Source of the DNA: a virus
DNA length: 64,000 nucleotides
IMG/VR virus record: IMGVR_UViG_3300044843_000488
Location: 1-64,000 of that record
Direction: 5' to 3' (one strand)
Below are positions 17,221-26,135 of this stretch, piece by piece. Positions within the stretch are counted from its first letter, which is position 1; every line of letters starts with the position of its first letter. The position numbers and the translations under genes are program-made. The notes below the pieces were generated by a model. That model saw only the letters and a list, made by a program, of their open reading frames with translations. It searched no databases and had not been told where the DNA came from.

Positions 17221-17537
17221 GCCCGTCAGTTCTCCTCAAGTTTTCTTCTGAAAACTGCGGTTTATGCAAGAGGATGGCGTTTCATGATCAAGCCATTGCT
17301 GCTGAATTTGAGTTGGAATTCAAGGAGGTCTATCCAGACAGCTGCTCTGAACAAGCACTGACTCAACTCTTTAATAGTTTTGTGGCTGTTGACGAAATAT
17401 TCGGCTGGCCAACTTATGTCCTTGCGTCTCGTGGAGAGCAAGGAGAGTTGACCCCCTTGGCGAAATACCAAGGAGGGTTGCCTAAAGCTCGATTTAGAGA
17501 AGTTATTGCCGGGCTTGTCGAGCAGACAGCTATTTAG
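17205..17537 (+). CDS. Thioredoxin-fold protein
   Basis: KFSSENCGLC CxxC motif and GWPTY cis-Pro loop. Confidence 0.75.
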   Translation: MSGKLSPSVLLKFSSENCGLCKRMAFHDQAIAAEFELEFKEVYPDSCSEQALTQLFNSFVAVDEIFGWPTYVLASRGEQGELTPLAKYQGGLPKARFREVIAGLVEQTAI

Positions 17538-18772
17538 TACGCACTGTTTGAGAGCGTACCGCGCTCTCGGAAATAAACGCGCACGGTACCACCACCGCCG
17601 TACCCACTCCAGCTTGAATAGTCTGAGTAGCAATTCTGTTGGTAGCCAATATACGGGAAGATATACCAATAGCGTCTGACATTTCCGCAGTGGTCACCAC
17701 AACCATCAGAAGTTCCAGGGTCGGAGTGATAGCCTCGAAATACTTGGAAGTAGCCGTTATTCCACCCCGGCGAGTAGCCCGAGACGAAGTGATTGATATT
17801 CTGAGAACTAACGCAGTAGCTGCTGGTATTATTTAGCCTACCTGACCACCAACCAACTGTGTTGTTGTTAAACCAACCAAAATCAAAGTGCCCAGATGAG
17901 ATATTGCTGATATTCCTGGCATTTCTTGAGCCTACGCCAGGGTCTCCTTCCATAAAGCTGTCCATGGCAAACTTGTAGTTACCCGTGGTTTGCTCCAACA
18001 GGTATTCATGTCTACCGCTAGTGCTGTACGTTCTGCGACCCTCCATATACGCAAAGGCGTTGTAGTGGGACGTATCCGTATCAAATGAGGTAAGGTTGTA
18101 ATTGCTGACAGTATTGGATGGGGCGGTCTTGCTGGCCGATGAAATCGAAGGCTGATTAAAGAACCGAGTCCAGCCCCCGCCGTCAGTCGTCATGTCACAG
18201 TACAACTGCCTGGCATTCGTACCATCCACGCTCCTAATCCAATAGTTACCGGAACTGGTAAACCCCGAGTTGAGAAGACTTTTAGCGGAACCGGCGCCGT
18301 CGCTACTGTTGGCGCCTGAGGCTCTTCTTGCGGCAGTACCACTAAAACTGTTGCAGGAGAAACCTTCGGTCGTTCTAAAGCATCCGGCTGAGCAGCTATA
18401 CGTAAGATTTGTATTGGGACTTGCGTAGGCTGTGGTATTCGTGATCGTGAGGGTACCTCCCGAGATACTCCAGTTAGTACCCGAATAAGCTCCTGAGGCC
18501 ACGCTCAATGTCGTAGAACCTAAATCACCTGAAAGACTGATCGTCCCGCCGTTACCAACGATATTTTCAGAAAAACTAATCGTAAAGCTAGATACGGCAG
18601 TAAAGCTGCTCGGGGTAGCGGTAACTGTGGCAGCCGCTTTTGAACTTGGTCTGTTGTTTCTTCTACGCTGAGCCCCCTCGTATTCACGGCCAGCTAGACC
18701 CGGGTGAGCCGAAGTGTTTTGAGAGGGGCGGCCCGCCAAGTAACCACCCTGAGAGTTGTTAATCGATGCCAT
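17534..18772 (-). CDS. Putative receptor-binding protein with fibrinogen-like (YCDxxxxGGGW) domain, paralog 1
   Basis: Ig-like N-terminal half; YCDMTTDGGGWTR; Cys-rich C-terminus. Confidence 0.75.
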   Translation of the reverse strand: MASINNSQGGYLAGRPSQNTSAHPGLAGREYEGAQRRRNNRPSSKAAATVTATPSSFTAVSSFTISFSENIVGNGGTISLSGDLGSTTLSVASGAYSGTNWSISGGTLTITNTTAYASPNTNLTYSCSAGCFRTTEGFSCNSFSGTAARRASGANSSDGAGSAKSLLNSGFTSSGNYWIRSVDGTNARQLYCDMTTDGGGWTRFFNQPSISSASKTAPSNTVSNYNLTSFDTDTSHYNAFAYMEGRRTYSTSGRHEYLLEQTTGNYKFAMDSFMEGDPGVGSRNARNISNISSGHFDFGWFNNNTVGWWSGRLNNTSSYCVSSQNINHFVSGYSPGWNNGYFQVFRGYHSDPGTSDGCGDHCGNVRRYWYIFPYIGYQQNCYSDYSSWSGYGGGGTVRVYFRERGTLSNSAY

Positions 18773-18773
18773 T

Positions 18774-19637
18774 TTAGATAAGTTCCACTGTCAATACATC
18801 TTTGTTGCTGCAAAGCTGTCCGGCTTTGGTCGCTTTAAGTTCCAGCTCGTGTCTTCCCGTTCCGTTCAGCCTTACTTGGTCATGCTCGACAGTAAGCTCA
18901 ACCCCATTATCTGTGACCACTAACTCGTCGTACGACCCGTAGGCATTAATTAGTACATCTCCCGTAGCGTTGAAGTGATCTTCCACACGTGAGAAGAACG
19001 CTACGCAACTGTATTGAGCCTCCAGCGTGGCGCTAAGAAACTCGGGCATGACCGCTACCTTGTGCGCTTCAAACAACCCTTCATCGCGTATTTGAAGATC
19101 TTCTCCTTCAACGTGATAGCCGTGACTAAGATCAGACTCAAAATGCTGCTTTAGCCACTCGTGAAAGGGGTCGTTCAACGCTCTTACTCCGGGAACAATG
19201 CCAAGCAGAGTAAGAGATGGCAACCTCAGATAGAACGGGTTCTGGTTGTCTAACCCAATTGCGTTCAAGTAGGCTACAAACTGATCGACTGCAGCAGTAC
19301 TAAGTCCTAGTGCCTCAAGTTGTCCCTTACGAGCTACGGCTACAGCTCTGAGCTCTTTAATTACCTCGTTATTCTCTAGACCTTTCTGTAACCAGAGACT
19401 GGCTCGTTCCTCTTCTGACAGCTCAATTACCCGGTAGCTTTCTAGCTCAGAATCCCACTGCAGTTTCTCTGCCCCAAGCTCGAAAGGAGGTGGAGTGAAT
19501 GGCCCAGTCCAGCCAGCTTCCGCAAGCTCTTCAGTGCTGAGCTCACCCTCAGAGAGATAGTGCGTTCTACCCCCGGGGAATTTGATTCTATTAGGCAGCT
19601 CGGTAGGCTCCGCGCCTTGAAATGAGTACAACATCAA
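18774..19637 (-). CDS. Hypothetical protein (possible fibre/RBP chaperone)
   Basis: Acidic; N-terminus LYSFQGAEP..LPNRI..AGWTGP; lies between the two RBP paralogs. Confidence 0.6.
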   Translation of the reverse strand: MMLYSFQGAEPTELPNRIKFPGGRTHYLSEGELSTEELAEAGWTGPFTPPPFELGAEKLQWDSELESYRVIELSEEERASLWLQKGLENNEVIKELRAVAVARKGQLEALGLSTAAVDQFVAYLNAIGLDNQNPFYLRLPSLTLLGIVPGVRALNDPFHEWLKQHFESDLSHGYHVEGEDLQIRDEGLFEAHKVAVMPEFLSATLEAQYSCVAFFSRVEDHFNATGDVLINAYGSYDELVVTDNGVELTVEHDQVRLNGTGRHELELKATKAGQLCSNKDVLTVELI

Positions 19638-19638
19638 C

Positions 19639-20910
19639 TTACAACGAGCCTGAACCTAATGTACCAACTTCCCTGTAATAAATACGAAGCGTACCGGACG
19701 TTGTGGTGTCGCTTACGCTGTAATAGCTGCTAAAGCAGTTTTCCTGATACCACAATGAAGGAGATACATACCAATACTTTCTTGTGTTTCCGCAGTGATC
19801 TCCGCACCCAGCGCTTGTACCTGGATCTGAATGATACCCCCTCCAAAATGCGAAATAACCGCTGTTCCAGCTATTACTGCCCGATACCCCATGAACAACA
19901 TTGGTTGAACTTGAACAGCTGCTGTTAGTGCTGTTGTTGTAGCCCTGCCAATAACCATTGTTGCTATTGGCAAACCAGCCAAAGTCGAAATGTGAAGATG
20001 AAACCCCGGAAATGTGTGAAACGTTTCTATTGCCGGCGCCAGGGTCGCCTTCCATCAAGCCGCGAAAGCGATACTTAATATTGCCTGCTGTTTGCTCAAT
20101 TAAATAGTCAAGCCTTCCTCCACTGCTGTGGCTATCAGCTCGGCTTTTCCTATGAGTGGCTGCGCTGTAGTGCGACGTGTCAGTATTAAATGAGGCTAGG
20201 TTGTAATCAGCGATTGTCTGACTTGGCATGTTATTTCTCCATGCCCCAGGCATGTTGTACCACCGGGTCCAGCCACCGCCGTCAGTACTCATGTCACAGT
20301 ACAGCTGCCTAGCGTTTGTACCGTCTACGTTTTTGATCCAGTAGTTGCCACTCGTGGTCGTTCCCGTGACCTGCTGAATAGCCTTGGCAGAAGTTGCAGC
20401 GCTACCAGCTGCGCCTCCATAGGCAGCCGTTGTGCAGGCGACCGTAAACCCTGTGAGGTTAGGGAACCCGTCTGTGCTTTTGACAGCCTGCGCAGGGACG
20501 GTCAGCGTAAGTGCGGTACCAGCTGACAGGGAGCTTGTTGCAGTTCCCAGGACAGTCAACGTCAGAGAATTGTTTGAGATTGACCAGTTGGTACCTGACG
20601 TGGCTCCATTGGTCATCACCCAGGACGCAATCAGACTGCTATCGCTATCCCGTCGCAGTGTGATCGTCGTTCCGGCATTGCCTACGACATTTGCTGACCA
20701 TGTCAGGGCAAAAAGAACTGTATCGCGACCGCCAGTCAGCGACATCGTGCCCGAGCTATACGTTGACGTCAGCTCCGCAGTTCCCGCCCAGTTACCAGAT
20801 CTTTTTCTCTCTTCTCGGTACCTAGCACTATGCACGCCAGGTGTGGCCGAGGCATTCTGAGTGGGAGCGGCGCCTACGTACCCACCCGAACTATCGTGTT
20901 TTTCTGCCAT
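19639..20910 (-). CDS. Putative receptor-binding protein with fibrinogen-like domain, paralog 2
   Basis: YCDMSTDGGGWTR; RGYHSDPGTSxGCGDHCGN shared with paralog 1. Confidence 0.75.
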   Translation of the reverse strand: MAEKHDSSGGYVGAAPTQNASATPGVHSARYREERKRSGNWAGTAELTSTYSSGTMSLTGGRDTVLFALTWSANVVGNAGTTITLRRDSDSSLIASWVMTNGATSGTNWSISNNSLTLTVLGTATSSLSAGTALTLTVPAQAVKSTDGFPNLTGFTVACTTAAYGGAAGSAATSAKAIQQVTGTTTSGNYWIKNVDGTNARQLYCDMSTDGGGWTRWYNMPGAWRNNMPSQTIADYNLASFNTDTSHYSAATHRKSRADSHSSGGRLDYLIEQTAGNIKYRFRGLMEGDPGAGNRNVSHISGVSSSHFDFGWFANSNNGYWQGYNNSTNSSCSSSTNVVHGVSGSNSWNSGYFAFWRGYHSDPGTSAGCGDHCGNTRKYWYVSPSLWYQENCFSSYYSVSDTTTSGTLRIYYREVGTLGSGSL

Positions 20911-20920
20911 GTTTCACCTA

Positions 20921-21259
20921 TCAGGTGATATCCAAGTAAGAGACCACAAAGTCGAGAAAACCGCTTGCGTTATTAGAGATGGCTCGCAGCTTATCTCCAG
21001 TGGTCAGCACGAGCTTTGACGAGACCAGTTCCAGGGCGGAGTCTGCCGGGATCGGAATCGTGTGAGCAAGCTCGGCCAGCGAGGTGTTCGAGCTGTTCGT
21101 AATTTTCAGCGTACAGTCGACAGAACTTGTCGTGTCAATGGTGTTACAGGCCAACACCGACAGCACAATTCGGGTCGTAGCCGCTGGTACAGCCGCCAAG
21201 ACATCAGTCTCGGTGGTGTTGCTCAGCCTGGCCTTAGCGTTTGCGAAAGTTTCAGCCAT
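20921..21259 (-). CDS. Tail-fibre adaptor protein
   Basis: MAETF..VPAATT..IPADSAL..KLVL.TGD..SYLDIT small beta-sandwich protein following a fibre that ends in -ALG. Confidence 0.65.
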   Translation of the reverse strand: MAETFANAKARLSNTTETDVLAAVPAATTRIVLSVLACNTIDTTSSVDCTLKITNSSNTSLAELAHTIPIPADSALELVSSKLVLTTGDKLRAISNNASGFLDFVVSYLDIT

Positions 21260-21307
21260 ATCGGCCTGTTTTGAACTACAAGAAGTCTCTCAGTTAATTA
21301 TACCGAC

Positions 21308-23176
21308 TTAGCCCAGAGCCATTAGGAGGCCAACAGAGACCGATGCGGCCTGCGTAGATGCACTAATAGTCACATCTACCTCTTCATTTGCTGCATCGTC
21401 GGCAACAGCGATGGTTACGTTGGTGCCAGGAATGAACCGAATCGCTCTCCGGGTACCAGTGGCTCCACTGTCGGTGTTGAACCGGACAGCTACCCGAGCA
21501 TTGGTGTCGGCAGTGCTGGGCAGTGACAGACGAGCTGAATTGATTGTGGCGGACGTCGCCGCATTCACCAAGGCAACAAGCTGATCAGCGCTCAGATCAG
21601 AAACATTGCCTGTACCAGCCCCGGCTGCGCGGCCTTTCAGCGTGGCTTCACTAACCTGCTCAAGTTTGTCGTTGCTAATTGAATTAGTACCGATTACAGA
21701 GGTCCCGAAGACACTAAACGTTATGTCCGAGGCATCAATGGTAATGTTTCGCGTAGTTTGTACATACGCTTTGCCAGCACTGACGGAGCCAGCCTCCACA
21801 AACGTAAAGGTGCCAGCGCCAACCTCGGCACTCTGGTTAAAGTCCTCAGCTCTGGTCAGTACAAAGGGGGCTGAAGCGCTGCCTATAGTCGTTACGGTGT
21901 AAATACCGTTTTGCGATTTAGTCGTCTGATCTTTGATCAGTACTCGGTTGTGTACAGAAAGGGAGACTCCATCCAACGTGAGGGCACCGTTGGAGTTGCC
22001 GGTCAGAGTTTGACCGCTTCCGTTGTAGGTGGCTGCCAAGTTTGCTGTGGAGGCAGCTACACAGGAATCTTTGATATCCAGACCTGTCGTCTGCGCGTCG
22101 ACGTAAGCTTTGGTCGCTACGTCGTTCGAGCTGACAGGGGTGCCCGCGTTGCTAAGCCGGGCGCCATTCAGGTTGCGTGTACCACTGATGCCGTCAAGAA
22201 TATTATTTGGGTTAGCACCCAGCGCAATGTCTGATCCGTCAGTAGCAACGGTGATGTAGTTGGTACTCGTTGCTTTGATACCCCGAAGCTCGGCTCGATA
22301 CGAGCCCGAAACCAGGGTGGCAGACTGAAAAACAAGGTTTTCACCAGCTGCACCAACACCTGCGATGTTATTCAGACCTGCCAAGGCCCGCAGAGCCGCG
22401 TCAGCAGTATTTGCGCCTGTACCACCCTGACTGACCGACAGGGGTGTAGTCAGACCGCTCAGACTGGTGATGTCGCTATTGGCTCCACTTTTGGCCGCAC
22501 CCAGGTTGTTCCGCGCCGTCGATGAGGTGCTGGCCCCAGTACCCCCCACTGATACGCCCAATGGGGTGGTGGTGTTCAGGTCATTAATGTTGATGTTTCC
22601 CGGATCAACATCCAGCGTGATTGCTTGGTTGGAATCCGAATAACTTGCCGTGAGTTTCGAACTACCCAGCTTTAGGGGGCGAAGTTCGAGTGTTTTGGTT
22701 CCGTCTGTCTCCGTCGTAACAGAAGACAAGAATTCGTATCTCGTACCTGTGACGGTATTGTTTTCTGCGTTTACAACACCTGTGTTGGCAACTGTAATAT
22801 CAACACGATTGTTGGTCGTATTATCTGCAACAGTTACGTTGACACCAACACCGTCAATGAAATTGGCTTCTTGACGAGTTCCCTTAAGCGCTCCCCCTTC
22901 CGAATACCTAGCCCGTTGTGTGGAGGTGTCGTTTACGACGTGTGCGCTTAACGTGCCTGCAACATCGTCGTAGGTAACGGTTACCGTGCTAGGGGTAGCA
23001 GGGTCATTAATAAACTGTGAGCCAACAATGTCCTGAATTGCTTCTTGGACATTGCCCCACGTAATTTTCTTCGCTTCTGTACTGGTCGCACTGATCCTGT
23101 CAATAATCAGCAGAAGATCGTCAGCTGCCGGCGTGGTTAGCGCAGCAAGATCAGTAATGTTCCTGGTTGTGGGCAT
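21308..23176 (-). CDS. Tail fibre protein
   Basis: ITDL..DDLL N-terminus; GGTGA repeats; ATKAYVD; RVLIKDQT..QNGIY; ends GLLMALG. Confidence 0.82.
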   Translation of the reverse strand: MPTTRNITDLAALTTPAADDLLLIIDRISATSTEAKKITWGNVQEAIQDIVGSQFINDPATPSTVTVTYDDVAGTLSAHVVNDTSTQRARYSEGGALKGTRQEANFIDGVGVNVTVADNTTNNRVDITVANTGVVNAENNTVTGTRYEFLSSVTTETDGTKTLELRPLKLGSSKLTASYSDSNQAITLDVDPGNININDLNTTTPLGVSVGGTGASTSSTARNNLGAAKSGANSDITSLSGLTTPLSVSQGGTGANTADAALRALAGLNNIAGVGAAGENLVFQSATLVSGSYRAELRGIKATSTNYITVATDGSDIALGANPNNILDGISGTRNLNGARLSNAGTPVSSNDVATKAYVDAQTTGLDIKDSCVAASTANLAATYNGSGQTLTGNSNGALTLDGVSLSVHNRVLIKDQTTKSQNGIYTVTTIGSASAPFVLTRAEDFNQSAEVGAGTFTFVEAGSVSAGKAYVQTTRNITIDASDITFSVFGTSVIGTNSISNDKLEQVSEATLKGRAAGAGTGNVSDLSADQLVALVNAATSATINSARLSLPSTADTNARVAVRFNTDSGATGTRRAIRFIPGTNVTIAVADDAANEEVDVTISASTQAASVSVGLLMALG

Positions 23177-23988
23177 TAGGTGGCACCTCTTACCTTGACT
23201 TCCTTAACTAAGGGCGCCGTACTTGAGGCGGATTGTTCGCGACACCAGTAGAACAGGCGCAGGGGGCTTTGTTGATTCGTATTTGTAAATACGGCTATGG
23301 TATTGGCCCCTTTTCTCAGGGAGACAGCACCGGTAGCCCCGCTCCTGGTGAGAGTAAAGATCTCATCGGAGGCTACAGTAATTGTACCCGAGCCTGCTGC
23401 CTGAATATCGATCTCAGTGCCTGCAATTGCATCGGCATAACTTACAGCAACTTTAATGCTGTTAGTGCTGCTGTTTATGGCGTAGTATGCGGTATCCGTC
23501 GCCAGTCCGCCCGGCAAGCTGCCTGTAGAGGAGACAATAATGCGATCACCCGTTACAAAAGGATGATCATTCATTGCTAGTGTGTTTCCTGTGATGTCTA
23601 CAGAACTTACGTTCTGTGCCCTTGCAATCGTTGTGTACTGCGTGCCCTGAATATTTACGCCTACTTTGGCTGGCGCGGTTGTGGATCTCCCAAACCCTAC
23701 GGCAAACCTGTTGCCACTAGACGCAGAAATCTGGCTTTCTGTCCAGCTCGATAGGGTATTCAACTCGGCATCGGTCGCAAATCCAATAGCAAGGTTTGAC
23801 GTGCCTGCTGCCACGGTGTCAGCCAGCAACGTTGGGTTGACTTTGAACGACACCACAGCATCGGTAGGAGAATCCGCAGGATTCAAGAAGATCTGCGTAC
23901 TCATGGCAAAGCTAAACGGCCGGTCCTCTAGATCCGTGGGCCTACCTGTGCTGGAGGTATTAATGAGTTGAGAGCCTACGACTGGCAT
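23176..23988 (-). CDS. Virion structural protein
   Basis: HPFVTGD..LPGGL..YYAI beta-barrel insert typical of tail proteins. Confidence 0.65.
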   Translation of the reverse strand: MPVVGSQLINTSSTGRPTDLEDRPFSFAMSTQIFLNPADSPTDAVVSFKVNPTLLADTVAAGTSNLAIGFATDAELNTLSSWTESQISASSGNRFAVGFGRSTTAPAKVGVNIQGTQYTTIARAQNVSSVDITGNTLAMNDHPFVTGDRIIVSSTGSLPGGLATDTAYYAINSSTNSIKVAVSYADAIAGTEIDIQAAGSGTITVASDEIFTLTRSGATGAVSLRKGANTIAVFTNTNQQSPLRLFYWCREQSASSTAPLVKEVKVRGAT

Positions 23989-26135
23989 TAGACAACACCA
24001 TGAGTAATGTATAGATCCACAGTGGGAACCGAAAGCGGTGTAAAGGTGTTATCCGTCGTTGCGTTGACAGGATTCATCCACTGTGCATTTTCGTCCACAG
24101 ACGGTTGAGGACGCTCGGGTAATGCCATAAATGGCTTAGCCACAAACACCAATTCCGTGTTGTAGATAGGTGTAAGCTGCGTGGCTACGGCGCCCGATAG
24201 ATCGGCTTCGTAGTGAGCCACAAGCGTGTCTCCGGCAAGAATCCCTGCGGTAACAGCTGTTGTATTTACTTTAGCCGCTTTCAGAGTGAACGTCGTCGAT
24301 GAGGTGATTGCCAGAACATAGTAGTTTGTACTACCTAGCGACACCCGTTGATTGGGATATAGCCTTAGTGGAAACGCTCTTGAAACGCTGATTTCCCCGG
24401 TAACGCTGTTAAATGCACGGACTTCAATGCTGGTCGTACGGATCGGAAAGTCCGGCGGGCTATCAAACTCAGAGGTTATCGTTTCCCTCTGCCCACTAAA
24501 TATTTCTTCCAGGTTCAGCGACAGTCCTTTTGCATCAACCATGTAACTGCCGATCTTGCGGCCTCCCACCACTAAACGATGGTCATTCAGTGAAAGATCC
24601 AGGGTTACGGTACGCCCCGTGTAAGTTGTAGTGACTGCCAACGTGTTGTTGACTGGAGTCGCGTCGCTTAGTGCTATCTCAGTTCCAGCACTGTCGTACG
24701 AGGTGAGGACCTCGGGGACCATATTAAATGGAGACACGTAGTCTCCATCTCGATACGGCAGCTGCCCGTTAATGTGGCCAGTATTTTCAGGCTTGACCAT
24801 TATCGGGTCTTTCCAGATCTCCAGTTCCACTAGGGCGCTGGCTGTTGCACTCAACTTGAGTGGTTTAGTTACCAGCAAATTCTCCACCAATGCGTTGTCG
24901 TTATTGGTGAGAAAAGGTCTGGAGCGCAGTGTTAAAAGCGCTCTGCCTGCTCCGTGAGTCGTGCCTCCAATCGCGGGATCGGCAGGAATACCATTGACGG
25001 CGTCTACCGTGGCAACCTTGGCCTTGTTCTCGTCACCACCGTCGACAATGACAGATGCGCCATAGCGCTCTATAAACTCGGAACGCGCCAGGTTGCCACT
25101 GTTGGCAATCTCCACCCACACAGGCAGTCCAGGTCTGCGAAGTGAGGGCGCGTCATAGGTGCGCAATCCTCCAGCACCATCGCTTTCCTTCAAATCATTT
25201 CTCTTGGCTCTGTCTGAAAGAATCAGCTCGTGCGCCAGAATCCACCTTGCACGTGGAATCTGTGTGATTGATGTCGGGAGGTCTTTATTGTTATCAACTA
25301 GGTAGAAGTAAATTCTGACGTTGCTTGCTCCGTACCACCCCCACTCAATGAGGGTCATAAACGTCTTGGTCAGATCAAGCTTCTGCCCAGATTTTCCGCT
25401 GCCATCAACTTTGTCTCCGGTCCACTGTGACCTGGGAATCCGTGTTTCATATCTTAAGCCGCTTCCGCTGCTTGTTCGGTAAAGGATCTGCAGTCTGTCT
25501 CCTTCACCATCTCCTTTGGCCTCAACAAAGAAACCGTCGTTGGGGTCACCTACTCCCCATAGGCGCGTCACACTGATCGGCGTGTCGTCCAGCGACATCC
25601 TACAGGCCAGGCTGACACGAACAATTCTCCCCGGCTGGTAACGATATCTTTTCTTTGTGCAGACCCTGGCTCGTTGAAAACCTCCGTTTGCACTGTTGAG
25701 AATTAACTGAGCTGAGCTTGCACTAGGGTTGTATTTCACCTCCCCATACGGGGCCGGAAAGTAAATGGGCTTCGCTTTGGCTATCTGCATCCAACGAGCC
25801 GACTCAGTGCTGTCGACGTCTGGGCGCTCGTCAATTCCAGTGACGTCGTAGATCCAATCAGCCTCCGTCAGCTCATAGGCATCGTTCTGAGTAAGGAAGT
25901 TGTAAGGAGTTGTCGCTCTGGGGAAGCCCAGTAAGTCCCTGTCAACCTGTGTAGGTGCCCTGTAATTGTCAATAATCGGGAGTGTATAGCCATTCCTTGG
26001 CATAACCACTGGAAGGCTCTTTTCCTTTAGCGCTTGGCCACTAGGAAACTCCGAGGCGGCCTGTACTTCCTCCCCATTCCTGGAAATCGACTTTTGCCCG
26101 ATATCTTCCGGGAGTTGGTAGGCTTTATCCGCCAT
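23988..26135 (-). CDS. Virion structural protein (paralog of 26135-27751)
   Basis: SLPVV, DLLGFPR, YQPGRI and EWGWYG motifs shared with the neighbour. Confidence 0.7.
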   Translation of the reverse strand: MADKAYQLPEDIGQKSISRNGEEVQAASEFPSGQALKEKSLPVVMPRNGYTLPIIDNYRAPTQVDRDLLGFPRATTPYNFLTQNDAYELTEADWIYDVTGIDERPDVDSTESARWMQIAKAKPIYFPAPYGEVKYNPSASSAQLILNSANGGFQRARVCTKKRYRYQPGRIVRVSLACRMSLDDTPISVTRLWGVGDPNDGFFVEAKGDGEGDRLQILYRTSSGSGLRYETRIPRSQWTGDKVDGSGKSGQKLDLTKTFMTLIEWGWYGASNVRIYFYLVDNNKDLPTSITQIPRARWILAHELILSDRAKRNDLKESDGAGGLRTYDAPSLRRPGLPVWVEIANSGNLARSEFIERYGASVIVDGGDENKAKVATVDAVNGIPADPAIGGTTHGAGRALLTLRSRPFLTNNDNALVENLLVTKPLKLSATASALVELEIWKDPIMVKPENTGHINGQLPYRDGDYVSPFNMVPEVLTSYDSAGTEIALSDATPVNNTLAVTTTYTGRTVTLDLSLNDHRLVVGGRKIGSYMVDAKGLSLNLEEIFSGQRETITSEFDSPPDFPIRTTSIEVRAFNSVTGEISVSRAFPLRLYPNQRVSLGSTNYYVLAITSSTTFTLKAAKVNTTAVTAGILAGDTLVAHYEADLSGAVATQLTPIYNTELVFVAKPFMALPERPQPSVDENAQWMNPVNATTDNTFTPLSVPTVDLYITHGVV

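Noticed and set aside
12474-17540. Invertible (phase-variable) tail-fibre segment
   Set aside because: No inverted repeats seen at the two junctions, the right junction is an overlapping stop pair, and there is no adjacent invertase.
17534-20910. Diversity-generating retroelement (TR/VR pair) in the duplicated RBP C-termini
   Set aside because: Differences are spread over all bases and synonymous sites rather than adenine-specific, both copies are full genes, and there is no reverse transcriptase in the window.
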